This document shows positions 45,476 through 55,388 of a stretch of 64,000 bases of DNA, piece after piece. The translations under genes were made by a program, and so were the position numbers. Source of the DNA: an archaeon (GTDB lineage Archaea > Nanobdellota > Nanobdellia > Pacearchaeales > GW2011-AR1); the NCBI GenBank assembly GCA_021107855.1, contig JAIORZ010000002.1:245425-309424 (forward strand), written 5' to 3'. Numbering within the stretch: position 1 is the stretch's first letter; every line of letters starts with the position of its first letter. The notes under the pieces were generated by a model, which searched no databases, was not told the origin of the DNA, and saw only the letters and a program-made list of their open reading frames with translations.

Positions 45476-47728
45476 ATGAAAAAGATATTCCTATTCTTAG
45501 CTTTAACTTTTATTCTTTCTAGTTTTGCCAGTGCACAAGTTAATGAATATAATTATTTCAAATTAGGGGAACTTGATTCAAATACTAATTTAATTAAAAC
45601 CAGCACTCCCGTGAGTGGAGTTAATGTCAGAGGCTTCATCTGTTCCGATAGTGGTTGTTCTGGAACCCTCGGGAATTTGTGGGGCGGAGAACTTTATACT
45701 TCAACTAGCGGGATGAATCTTGTTTATCCGACTTATCTTCAATCTGTTTACGGATATGGTTTCTGGGTTTATAAAAATGGATACGTGCCCTATTGGGTCA
45801 AAGGTGTTACGTGGTATGGAACGGGAACGGTTCCTGCTGTTAATAGATATTTAGCCAAAAAACAAGTTTGCATCTCAGCTGTTTCCATAGTAGACACTTC
45901 CCAAACCGGTAGAGATTTATCCGTAGATGTTCGTGTTAATTCTCCTATCGTCAAGAAATACGGTTCAATGTATGTCCCAACAGAAATTCGTTCCCACTTG
46001 AATACTTTAACAGATGTCTATGCCGAGGTCCGAGACGATGGCGGCTCTCTAATTTGGAGCAACAGCAGGCAAGCTAATTTACATTATTCCGGAAACACAA
46101 TAGAATCCTTTTCAGTTAATAACCTTAAAGATGGAAACTATACCTTTACCGTATCCACCAGTTCGGGCAATGAACCCAAATGTTTGAGCTACAACCCAGA
46201 TTCAGACAGTTTTGATTTTGAAATATACGTGGACTTATTCCCATCGGTTTCTGCTAGCGCAGACCCCTTGAGCGGAACTTTTCCTTTAGACGTTTCCTTT
46301 AGCTGTCAAGGCACTGGAGGGAATGGTATTTTGACATATTTTTGGGAATTTGGTAATGGAGACACAAGCGCTCTTCAGAATCCGGAGTATACCTACTTAT
46401 ACGCTGGTGATTTCGATGCAAGTTGTAGGGTTCGTGATGAGGATGGAGATGAAGCTTTTGATTATGTCACCATTGAGGTCGGAACACCAGAACAAGAATT
46501 AAAAATTACTAATTTAGTCTGCCTCGATGAAGTTATTGAAGGGCACAACCAAAGCTGTAGTATTTCTGTCGAAGATTCTTTAGGTGATGTTACCATAGAA
46601 GTTTTTTATTCAGATGATAGTCCTTTTGGTACTTGTTTAACTGATGGAGTCACGGGCACATGTGGGGTCAAAGATTTACAAAATGTAGTCGGAAGTTTTG
46701 AGGTTTATGCTATCGCTTCCAAGACAGGATATATATCCGACGACGACAAAGAACCAAAATTCAATTATAATGTTGTCGCAGAAGAATACAAGATTGTCAA
46801 TTTAAAAGTTTATAATGATTCAAACTTTACTAATGAAGACTACGATTTTTTCAGAGGAGAAAATATGTTCGTAAGTTTTGGCATTGAAAATTCCGAAGGA
46901 GAAGAAATTACAACTGATTTAATCTCGAACGTAACCCTTATCAGTTCTCTTGCTGGTGGTCGTGTCGGCCTTGAGAGAATAGAAAAAATTGGAAATAAGT
47001 ATTATTATAAATTAATTCCAATTCCAATTACTCATGATTTTTTAGGAAATGAAACTATTTTTGTTTTTGATATTGTTGATAGTAGCGAGATACAAAAAGA
47101 AGTTACCCTGATGATTAGAAATAATTTACCCATTATTTCTCCCGACATTCCATCGCAGACTATTGAAGAAGGAGACGTCGTTTACTTAAATCTAAGTTTA
47201 TACGAGAGCGACGTTGAAGACTCTGGGGATGATTTGAGATGGGAGATTATGTCGTCCGGTTCCGGAGTTAATGTAAGTTTAACTGGGAAAGACTTAAGAA
47301 TCGAAGGATTAGATGATGGAGATTTTGAGATTGTCTTGAGATTATTCGATTTGGATGATGATTATGATGAGTTCGTCGTCGAGGTTTTGGTTGAAAAAGA
47401 GAGTACTGGTGGCGGTTCTTCTGGGTGTCGTAATGAATGGGAATGTTCTGCTTGGAGTGAGTGTGAAAATGGTGCTATGACTAGGACTTGTATAGACAGA
47501 AAATATTGCTCAAAAGAAAGAAATAAACCTATCGAATTCCAGAGTTGTTTTGATGAAGGCGCTCAAATTTACTCTGGTGCCATAGAATTAGGCAACGCTT
47601 CCTTTAATGAAAAGAGTTCAAGCAATTTCCTTGAGAAGTTAACATTGGGGGATTTTATTTGGATTTTAGTTTTCTTAATTCTTGTAATTATGTCTTTTTT
47701 GATATGGATTCTTTGGACCAGATTCTAA
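45476..47728 (+). CDS. Secreted surface protein with PKD/Ig-like domains and a C-terminal TM
   Basis: Signal peptide; YFWEFGNGDTS...PEYTY; C..EWECSAWSEC.NG..TRTC.D...C; C-terminal TM. Confidence 0.8.
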   Translation: MKKIFLFLALTFILSSFASAQVNEYNYFKLGELDSNTNLIKTSTPVSGVNVRGFICSDSGCSGTLGNLWGGELYTSTSGMNLVYPTYLQSVYGYGFWVYKNGYVPYWVKGVTWYGTGTVPAVNRYLAKKQVCISAVSIVDTSQTGRDLSVDVRVNSPIVKKYGSMYVPTEIRSHLNTLTDVYAEVRDDGGSLIWSNSRQANLHYSGNTIESFSVNNLKDGNYTFTVSTSSGNEPKCLSYNPDSDSFDFEIYVDLFPSVSASADPLSGTFPLDVSFSCQGTGGNGILTYFWEFGNGDTSALQNPEYTYLYAGDFDASCRVRDEDGDEAFDYVTIEVGTPEQELKITNLVCLDEVIEGHNQSCSISVEDSLGDVTIEVFYSDDSPFGTCLTDGVTGTCGVKDLQNVVGSFEVYAIASKTGYISDDDKEPKFNYNVVAEEYKIVNLKVYNDSNFTNEDYDFFRGENMFVSFGIENSEGEEITTDLISNVTLISSLAGGRVGLERIEKIGNKYYYKLIPIPITHDFLGNETIFVFDIVDSSEIQKEVTLMIRNNLPIISPDIPSQTIEEGDVVYLNLSLYESDVEDSGDDLRWEIMSSGSGVNVSLTGKDLRIEGLDDGDFEIVLRLFDLDDDYDEFVVEVLVEKESTGGGSSGCRNEWECSAWSECENGAMTRTCIDRKYCSKERNKPIEFQSCFDEGAQIYSGAIELGNASFNEKSSSNFLEKLTLGDFIWILVFLILVIMSFLIWILWTRF

Positions 47729-47730
47729 GA

Positions 47731-49620
47731 TTATCTCAATCTAATTGTTTCTAAGTTTTTTGGCACAGTCGTCTCAGTTCGTTGTTGCTTGTAGATTGAG
47801 GAAGCTAAGTCAAGACATTTTGACTGCTCACCGTGATTGATTATTATTTTTCGTGGCTTTGGATTGATGTTGTTTGTAAATGCCATGAGTTCGTTTCGCG
47901 AGGAGTGTCCAGAGAATCCATCTATCGAAATAACTTTAAGTTTAATCGGGACAATTTCAGTTTTTCCATTAACGTCAAATTTCACTTCTTTTATTCCGTC
48001 TTTTATCTGTCGACCCAACCCGCCCGCTGGCTGATAACAAGACAGACAGAGTCCATTATTTGGTGAGTCCGCAAATTCTCTTAGATATTCCACAGAAGCT
48101 CCACCCACTAACATTCCTGATGTTGCCAAAATAATACAAGGCCCACCTTCTATCACCTTTTTCCGTTCTTGTGGAGAGCCAACTTGGGAGAAAATTTCGG
48201 ATGTAAATGGATTTTTGTCTGCAAAGATATTAGCTCGGAGTGCATTTGAAAGGAAGTCTGGATATGCAGTATGGATTGCATTAATATCCCATATCATTCC
48301 GTCGATATAAACTGGAACCTTTGGGAGTTTGCCAGTTCGCATCGCATCTTCTAAAATTAACATTTTCTCCTGGGCATGTCCAGTCCCTAATTCTGGAAGT
48401 AAAACTTTTCCTTTATTTTGAACTATTTCATTTATGAATTTCAGAAGTTCTTCTTCGGATTCTTTTCGTGTCGGGTAATTGTTGTCTTTCCCCCCATATG
48501 TCGCCTCTAATTGCAAAGTTTCAAGTCGTGGGAAATATGACGATGCGGCCTCAAGAGCTCGAGATTTTCCAAATTTAATGTCACCGGAATAAAGATAATT
48601 ATGAAGTCCATTCCCGATATTGAAATGAATCATTGAGGAACCCAAAGTATGACCAGCGTTGTAGAGAGTGATCCGGATGTCTGGCGTAATATCGGTTACT
48701 TCCTGATAATTTAATGTGATTGAATGTTTGACCATGTTCCTTATGTCCGTTGATTTGAAGAGCGGGGCTGCGGCTTGTTTATATGCGACACCGATGAAAT
48801 CGAGTGCCATTAATGCCGAGATGTCCCTCGTCGGTGCGGTCATATAGACCGGTCCCTTGTAACCCATTTTATAGAGATATGGGATTAAACCTGAATGGTC
48901 GAGATGTGCGTGGGATAAAATAACAGCATCAATCGCCGTAAGATCAAGTTCCGGTGCCTCAAGATATGGATATTTATCTTTTCCCTGAGATGATACATCT
49001 ACTCCACAATCAATTAAAACCTTCGAAATTGGAGTCTGCAATAAAAAACAACTTCTCCCAACCTGTCGTCCACCGCCGAGCGCAGTTATTCTTATCCATT
49101 CTTCCATTTTGTCCGGATTCCATTCTTTGTAGATTTTTTCTCCAATTGCATTCAAGAATTTTTTACGATACGAATTATCTTGATAAAGAACCTCCCGAAT
49201 TTTATCTGTGATTTTAGATTTGATTGCGGACGAACGCTGAGCTTGTGGTGTCCAGAATGTACTGACTTTGACCTCTCTCAAAAGAGAACCCCCTTTCCCA
49301 ATTGCGAGTCCAGGTTTTTTAGCTTCAATTATAACAGAGCTTCGTTGTGGGTCAAATATAATCTGAGTCAATTCAGCTTCTTTTGGAAGAATTTCCCTTA
49401 TCCTTTGCTCAGTTTTTTCCTGAGAAAGAAGCAAAGATTTATCGGCCCTAAGCTCGATTCTTTTTTTAATTGTGTTGACGGCTTCTTTAATTTGTGAATC
49501 TCCGTTCTTGAAAAACGCTGTGTCTGTCGTATAAACTACGATGTTCGCCCCTTCAAATATTGTCGAACCCACGACACCTCTCGGCAACAGGTCTTCAATT
49601 GTTTTCAGAATGTCTGCCAT
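47731..49620 (-). CDS. fttA: Beta-CASP ribonuclease aCPSF1 (transcription termination factor)
   Basis: N-terminal KH domains, LGGGRQVGRS, SHAHLDHSG, AGHTLGS, FSGHS. Confidence 0.96.
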   Translation of the reverse strand: MADILKTIEDLLPRGVVGSTIFEGANIVVYTTDTAFFKNGDSQIKEAVNTIKKRIELRADKSLLLSQEKTEQRIREILPKEAELTQIIFDPQRSSVIIEAKKPGLAIGKGGSLLREVKVSTFWTPQAQRSSAIKSKITDKIREVLYQDNSYRKKFLNAIGEKIYKEWNPDKMEEWIRITALGGGRQVGRSCFLLQTPISKVLIDCGVDVSSQGKDKYPYLEAPELDLTAIDAVILSHAHLDHSGLIPYLYKMGYKGPVYMTAPTRDISALMALDFIGVAYKQAAAPLFKSTDIRNMVKHSITLNYQEVTDITPDIRITLYNAGHTLGSSMIHFNIGNGLHNYLYSGDIKFGKSRALEAASSYFPRLETLQLEATYGGKDNNYPTRKESEEELLKFINEIVQNKGKVLLPELGTGHAQEKMLILEDAMRTGKLPKVPVYIDGMIWDINAIHTAYPDFLSNALRANIFADKNPFTSEIFSQVGSPQERKKVIEGGPCIILATSGMLVGGASVEYLREFADSPNNGLCLSCYQPAGGLGRQIKDGIKEVKFDVNGKTEIVPIKLKVISIDGFSGHSSRNELMAFTNNINPKPRKIIINHGEQSKCLDLASSIYKQQRTETTVPKNLETIRLR

Positions 49621-49645
49621 TGTAAGTATGAGTAAATAATTAATT

Positions 49646-50311
49646 CTATTTGTAGAGTTTTTCTACTTTTTGTTCTGCAACGTGTTTTATGCCATCGGAT
49701 GTAATAGTAAAAACATCAATACCGCTCCCTGATGCAGTATCCCGTTCTGACGAAGATTTGATTGCATCTATCGCCAATTCCATTCCTTCCTCCATAGATA
49801 GTCCTTTCTTGTACATTTTTTCGAGCATTCCCAATATGTAAGGCATCCCAGATGAAAAATTAGCATCGTAGTCCTCTACTTTCATAGTACTTCCCGCTGG
49901 CTCAACTGAATAAAGTTCCGTAGTTCCGTCTTTATTTAGTCCACCAATCATTAACCCTGCCATGAAGGGAATCATCGCTGGTTGTCTGATGTTCCGATAG
50001 TTTGTTGCAGCGATTAGGTTTGCTGCTTCTTTTACAGTTGGTCGTTGTTTGTCTCTCAATTCTTTTAATTTAAGCTGGGCCCGAATTAATTTCTTTGCGA
50101 TTTCTATATCTGACGCAGTTCCTGTCCCTGAAATTACAAGATAATCATTAATTAAGCAAACTTTTTGCGTATTCTTACTCATAATAATATGTCCGCCTAC
50201 TGTAGTCCTACGATCGCCAGCCATAACTACTCCACTCTTACAAACTATTCCGACTAAACTAGTCCCTGCCGATAATATATTTTTCTTCAAATCTTTATCC
50301 ATTTTAATCAA
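49646..50311 (-). CDS. psmB: Proteasome beta subunit
   Basis: G|TSLVG propeptide junction, AGDRR, SGTGTASD, RDTASG. Confidence 0.93.
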   Translation of the reverse strand: MIKMDKDLKKNILSAGTSLVGIVCKSGVVMAGDRRTTVGGHIIMSKNTQKVCLINDYLVISGTGTASDIEIAKKLIRAQLKLKELRDKQRPTVKEAANLIAATNYRNIRQPAMIPFMAGLMIGGLNKDGTTELYSVEPAGSTMKVEDYDANFSSGMPYILGMLEKMYKKGLSMEEGMELAIDAIKSSSERDTASGSGIDVFTITSDGIKHVAEQKVEKLYK

Positions 50312-50426
50312 GAGATATCTCTAGAATTTATAGAATATCAAGTTTTTATTTATTTATAAATTTTTTGGTGAGGTAAAATATCCCAAATAGAAATGTTTAT
50401 ATACCATTGTTACCAATAGGATATAT

Positions 50427-50609
50427 ATGGTAACAATATCAAATAAAAGAAGCGATACGGCTGTGAGAATTAGTAGATGGTTGGATGAGGCGGTAGAGAA
50501 TTATATTTCTGATAAAAGAGTTCGTGTTAGTTTCCCGTCGAAGCGAAATTTCGTCGATACGGCGGTGATGCAACTCCTGGAGGAAAAGAAGGTGAAATTA
50601 AATGTGTAA
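50427..50609 (+). CDS. Ribbon-helix-helix (CopG-like) DNA-binding protein
   Basis: TAVRISRWLDEAVENYI...FPSKRNFVDTAVMQLLE. Confidence 0.7.
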   Translation: MVTISNKRSDTAVRISRWLDEAVENYISDKRVRVSFPSKRNFVDTAVMQLLEEKKVKLNV

Positions 50610-50618
50610 AAATTTATT

Positions 50619-50744
50619 ATGGATAGATTAGAACAGGCACGAAAAATGTTTCGAAAGCTTGAGTCACAGAATGTTGGGCATGCGGCAGAAGTTGCTCGTC
50701 GGGCGTTTTTTATTGGGACTAATTTAAGTATTTGCAAAAAGTAA
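50619..50744 (+). CDS. Possible 41-aa small protein
   Basis: MDRLEQARKMFRKLESQNVGHAAEVARRAFFIGTNLSICKK fills the gap to the converging gene. Confidence 0.35.
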   Translation: MDRLEQARKMFRKLESQNVGHAAEVARRAFFIGTNLSICKK

Positions 50745-50747
50745 GAT

Positions 50748-51788
50748 TTATACAATTAATTTTGTCTCAAGTTTTTTATAACCAAAAAAATCTGTTGTAT
50801 AATTATAAGCTCCGGCGTTTAAAAACGTAATCTGGTCTCCGACTTTTGGCGCAGATTTGAGTTTAACTTTATACCGAAAAATATCGTCTCTCGTCGGAGA
50901 ATTTCCTTTTAAAAGATGGTATTGTCCTTCTTCCTCTTCTGAAATTTCTTCTTCCACTAACATTTTCGTTTCAGTCAAAATATTGTCAAGTGCGCAGTTG
51001 TAAATTGTCGTATTTAAAATTATATTGGGATTCTGGATTTGAATTATATTCGTATGGAGCTTAATTGGTGGAGCTGCGATAAACCTACCAGGTTCAATTA
51101 TCGTTTGAATATTATAAACATCGAGAAATTTTTTTACATTTTCCAGTTTTCGTAAAATATAAGGCAAGGTTGAATTCGTGTAAGATTTATATTGAACAGG
51201 AAGCCCACCTCCAAGATTTAAAGTTGAAATTATTTCCAAAGTTTCTTTTGTTAATGAATCCTTTAATTCCTCGACGATTTCCCATTCCGATGTATTTTGA
51301 GATTTTCGATGAATATGAATTCCAAGTTGGCTGATATTTACATTATCTTTTAATTTTGAGATTAGTTCATTCACCTTGGAAGAGGGCATTCCATAAACAA
51401 AATATTTTCCTGTGCCAATCCTATGTTCTTGGAATTTCATTCTAAGAGAAATTTTGATTTTCGTTTTAGTTTGCTCAGCTGCTTCTAATATTTGTTCTAA
51501 ATCGATTTCGTTGTCAACCACAAAGGTCGTAATTCCGGTTTGAATTATCTGCTTAAGCTCTTTCAAATTTTCTGCTTGAGTGAAGAATGAGATTTTAGAT
51601 TTATCTTGAATCATTGATATTTCGTCGTGAGCGTGGATTGAGAAAAAAGTTTCTGGTGAGATTTCTTGGAGGATATTGCCAATTTCTCTATTTGTTTTAT
51701 AAGAATATGAAATTTTCAAATTCAAATTTGTAAGAATTCTAAGTTGCTCTAAGAGTTTTGATTTTGAAAGTGTGAAGTAAGCTTTCAT
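50748..51788 (-). CDS. Group IV PLP-dependent decarboxylase (ornithine/DAP/arginine family)
   Basis: YSYKTN (PLP Lys), HIHRKSQ, NLGGG, EPGRF, NAGAY. Confidence 0.85.
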   Translation of the reverse strand: MKAYFTLSKSKLLEQLRILTNLNLKISYSYKTNREIGNILQEISPETFFSIHAHDEISMIQDKSKISFFTQAENLKELKQIIQTGITTFVVDNEIDLEQILEAAEQTKTKIKISLRMKFQEHRIGTGKYFVYGMPSSKVNELISKLKDNVNISQLGIHIHRKSQNTSEWEIVEELKDSLTKETLEIISTLNLGGGLPVQYKSYTNSTLPYILRKLENVKKFLDVYNIQTIIEPGRFIAAPPIKLHTNIIQIQNPNIILNTTIYNCALDNILTETKMLVEEEISEEEEGQYHLLKGNSPTRDDIFRYKVKLKSAPKVGDQITFLNAGAYNYTTDFFGYKKLETKLIV

Positions 51789-52723
51789 TTTAGCAATCCT
51801 TCTTTCCCCATCTTATCCAAACTTGAAGTTATAAATAGCGGGAAAGTTATAGAAACATCCCCATTCACCGTCGCTGCTTGCCCATCATCCTTTATCTTAC
51901 CCCACGATTTCGCCTCTTGTGTAGTCGCACCTGACATTGAACCGGATGAAGCATGAGAAGTTGTCATATAAATTGCGTAATCTAGTCCACCCGATAAGAG
52001 AGATGCAAATACTGCGTAATGTTTTGATATTGAGCCACCTAAAGAAATCAATCCTTTTTTTTCGTCGAAAGAAAGATCTGTTGTTATTCTTTGCATGTCT
52101 TGAATTGTATCAACTATAAAATCTGAATGTTTTTGTTGGAACATATAAAGTTGAAATCCAAACGAGGAATCGGCAATTCCTGGGCAGTATATCGGGATAT
52201 TATTTTTTGCGGCTTGATACAGAATTGAGTTTTCATCTGAAATGAGTATACCTATCTCGTGGAGTAGTTCAGATGCCGATATTCTTTTATGTTTTTGGTA
52301 TACCAAGGTTAAATATTCTGCCATTTTATCTTCAAATTTCATATAAGCTTCAGTTTTGATTATTAAATTACCAATTCTGTTTTCGCCTTTTTCGTGTAAC
52401 GCGGTATCATCTGCATGGAAGGATGAAATCTCGAAAGAAGCACCTAAAGATTTCATAATGTCTTCTTCTATCGAGCCAGATGTTGTTACGAGGATATTTG
52501 GAATTTTCATAGAGCAAAGTTGCGCGAATAGACCACGAAGACCAGAAGTCACCATATTCGACGTGAAAGTTAAAAAGATTTTACAATTTTCTCTTTTCAT
52601 TTTTAAAAAAACTTTCTGAGCTTCTTTTAATTCAATAGCCTGATAACCGAGATTCCCAAATGCGTCGACCATTTCCTCAGTGGTCATGCTTGGTTTATAC
52701 AGAAAATCTTTTACTTTTTTCAT
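51785..52723 (-). CDS. dys: Deoxyhypusine synthase (start corrected to 52723)
   Basis: FTSNMVTSGLR, TSGSIEED, NRIGN, GGSISKH, GSMSGA...EAKSWGK. Confidence 0.93.
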   Translation of the reverse strand: MKKVKDFLYKPSMTTEEMVDAFGNLGYQAIELKEAQKVFLKMKRENCKIFLTFTSNMVTSGLRGLFAQLCSMKIPNILVTTSGSIEEDIMKSLGASFEISSFHADDTALHEKGENRIGNLIIKTEAYMKFEDKMAEYLTLVYQKHKRISASELLHEIGILISDENSILYQAAKNNIPIYCPGIADSSFGFQLYMFQQKHSDFIVDTIQDMQRITTDLSFDEKKGLISLGGSISKHYAVFASLLSGGLDYAIYMTTSHASSGSMSGATTQEAKSWGKIKDDGQAATVNGDVSITFPLFITSSLDKMGKEGLLK

Positions 52724-52832
52724 TTTAAAAATCAGATAAGAGTTGTGACTAGGGTGGACTAGTGAAATAGAATTGGTATTGCTAAACTCATGTAAGCTTG
52801 AGAGATTTGGGGTTTTTAAGATTTGGGGTAAG

Positions 52833-53174
52833 TTATGGATTATACAAAAGTATCCTATATAGATTACTTTCTCTTTTTTTATCCCCATATACGTAAAACA
52901 AAAAGATTCTTTTAATCCCAAATTCTTTTTCTATAAATTCCTTATCATATCTAAGTTGAGAAAGTGCTTTTCTGCGTCCCTTTGATGAATTTGTGGTTTT
53001 AACTTCTATTGCATATGCACATCTTCGGGGCTTTATTACTATAATGTCTGCTTCGTGCGGACCTTCGAAATAGTATTTATATTCAGGTAGAACAATACTT
53101 CTTTCAGATTTTAATCGAGCTTCTAATGACGTTATTATTTGGTCATGGATTGGTATTGCAATATTGCTCTCCAT
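52833..53174 (-). CDS. Small PD-(D/E)xK-like nuclease-fold protein
   Basis: EY...HEADII...YAIEVKT......KA..QL. Confidence 0.55.
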   Translation of the reverse strand: MESNIAIPIHDQIITSLEARLKSERSIVLPEYKYYFEGPHEADIIVIKPRRCAYAIEVKTTNSSKGRRKALSQLRYDKEFIEKEFGIKRIFLFYVYGDKKRESNLYRILLYNP

Positions 53175-53205
53175 GCTGGGAGAAATTTTTTTGACTTATA
53201 AATTT

Positions 53206-54240
53206 TTATTGTGTTAGATGTAGTATGTTAGATTTAAACCTTTCAAAATCCGAAATCGGAACCATCGCCCCTGTCGCCTCTTCATGCCCGCCGCCCGTCG
53301 CCCCAAGTATACCTTCTATTGCTGTCTCCGTAATTTTTAGCGCGTTTTTTCCTCGGACTGATATATTAGCTTTTTCTGGTCGAAGAAATGCCACAACTAT
53401 AAGTTTGTCTTTATGATTAAACGCGAGACGGTTCGAGATTTCGGATGACATTGAAGTATTACCAGAATAACTGAAAAAGACAAGGGACGAATTTTCATCA
53501 ATCTGAGATTCTGCCTTTTGAATTTGTTTTTGAAAGAACTCCTCTAACTGATTAACCCGTTTATGAAATTGTCTGGTGTAATTATTTTCCTCAAGGAGGT
53601 CATATGGAGTTGTTGCTTTGAATAGATATTTGGTTAAATTGAGAATGTTTGTCGTCGTGTCCATCAATCCAAAATTTAGCATCCTTGCAATTTTACCTAT
53701 TGTCGTTGTTTGAAGTATGGTGAATGCGTCGGTATTTTTTGTAAGTAAGTCTGGATTTTCTTCTGCGAATTTCTCTGCAAAAGAAGGCAAATACACATCG
53801 CCTATACATCCAATTATTGCAAGCCAGATATCTTGAGGACGATTAAAAATTTTCTGCACTATATAAGAAACTGGTTCGGCCGATGGGTGAGATGTAAAGT
53901 AAGACGTTTTCTGAATTGTTTCTTTCGCTGTTTTAGTTTCGTGATGGTCAATCCAAATTATCGGAATATTTTTTTCCTCCACATAACTTGCAAACTCTTC
54001 GCTTAATTCAGCCTTATCTAAAATTACAATTGTATCCGGATTGAGCTCATCAACCTTTTTCGTATATTGTACTTTTAAATCTGGAAATGATTTTATTGCG
54101 ACGCCCTTACCTCTATCTAACGCTCGACGCAAAATAAGAAACGAACAAAGCCCATCAACGTCGTTATCATAAAAAAAGAGTGGATTCTGCGAAGCTTCCA
54201 ATTGCTGACGAATCTGCTCCAATTGATCAAGAGTTAGCAT
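53206..54240 (-). CDS. DHH/DHHA1 phosphoesterase
   Basis: YDNDVDGLCS, WIDHHE, SVRG, GGGHEEA.G. Confidence 0.9.
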   Translation of the reverse strand: MLTLDQLEQIRQQLEASQNPLFFYDNDVDGLCSFLILRRALDRGKGVAIKSFPDLKVQYTKKVDELNPDTIVILDKAELSEEFASYVEEKNIPIIWIDHHETKTAKETIQKTSYFTSHPSAEPVSYIVQKIFNRPQDIWLAIIGCIGDVYLPSFAEKFAEENPDLLTKNTDAFTILQTTTIGKIARMLNFGLMDTTTNILNLTKYLFKATTPYDLLEENNYTRQFHKRVNQLEEFFQKQIQKAESQIDENSSLVFFSYSGNTSMSSEISNRLAFNHKDKLIVVAFLRPEKANISVRGKNALKITETAIEGILGATGGGHEEATGAMVPISDFERFKSNILHLTQ

Positions 54241-55277
54241 GTTATTTTCCCGTTTATGATTTGTTCTCGGAGGTTTCTTATTTCTTCGTATATATTCGAA
54301 CTTCTATTTTTCAGTATCGACTCTAAAGAGGAAGGTTCCAATTTCAAAATATTATCTAAATTTTCATTTAGCCTAATTATTTGAGAAGTTTCTTTAGCAG
54401 AAAGTGGCAGATGGGATAAAAATCTGTATCCTTTTGGTTGGATAGTTTCTTCGAGAGATTTCTCTAAAATTAATCGTGCTATCGATTCGGTATCCAACAA
54501 CCCATCAAATGTTAAATTTGCTAGAAGCGTTTTTGCCCTCTTCAGCGGGATATTTGCATAATCCCTTATAATTTCATTTTCAGACCTCTCTACACCCCTT
54601 AGAATCTCTCTATATCGCATGTGCATAATACTTCCTTCTTTCCCCAATTCAGTGAAATTTCGTTTTATTGACTCAGATATTTTCAAAATCATCTCAGTTC
54701 GCTGAATTACCTTACACACGTCGCTGACCGAGACCAATTCAGACATTTCTAAGATATTCAAATTTATCCTGTGTTCAGTCAGAATTTCCTTTTGCTTTTC
54801 CAAGATTTGAAGATTTGAAGTAATATTTCGGATAAGTTCTTCGGTTGATTTTAAATAATATCGAGACGAGCCATGATAAAGAGTTGTCTTCTTCCGTCGC
54901 TCTGAAATTGCTATTACAAAAGTCTGAGCCTGTCTCGCCGTTCTTTCTGCTGCCTTATGCCTTGTCCCAGTTTCAATTGAGCGGATACCAATGTCGGGAT
55001 TCATCAATATATTAGCATAAAGAATTCGTTTTAAATCAGACGAAATGATTATTGCCCCATCCATTTTACAAAGTTCAAAGAGTTTTTGAGATGTGAATCT
55101 GCAATTGATTCTAAAGCCACCTTCGAAGATGTTTTCTTTCTGAAAAAAGGGGGTATCAAAAACTATCATCGCACCGAGGTCGGATCTGAGTATGTCGTCT
55201 ATAACCGTCCTTAAAGATGTCCCTGGCGAAACTAATTTTAAAAAATCCATAAATGTTTTCTCTTTTTCAATTGCCAT
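54234..55277 (-). CDS. disA: DisA-type diadenylate cyclase
   Basis: PGTSLR, ELCKMDGAII, ETGTRHKAAER.A, ISERR...TLY, linker ALELG.EG-like, GYRFLS. Confidence 0.9.
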   Translation of the reverse strand: MAIEKEKTFMDFLKLVSPGTSLRTVIDDILRSDLGAMIVFDTPFFQKENIFEGGFRINCRFTSQKLFELCKMDGAIIISSDLKRILYANILMNPDIGIRSIETGTRHKAAERTARQAQTFVIAISERRKKTTLYHGSSRYYLKSTEELIRNITSNLQILEKQKEILTEHRINLNILEMSELVSVSDVCKVIQRTEMILKISESIKRNFTELGKEGSIMHMRYREILRGVERSENEIIRDYANIPLKRAKTLLANLTFDGLLDTESIARLILEKSLEETIQPKGYRFLSHLPLSAKETSQIIRLNENLDNILKLEPSSLESILKNRSSNIYEEIRNLREQIINGKITC

Positions 55278-55388
55278 GACCTAAATGAGTTGTCCTAGTA
55301 TTTATAGTTTGTGCGAAAAAATTAAATTTTACAAAATTTTCCGATTTAAAATGCGATATTTTTTAAATTTGAGTTTATTGAAAAGATT

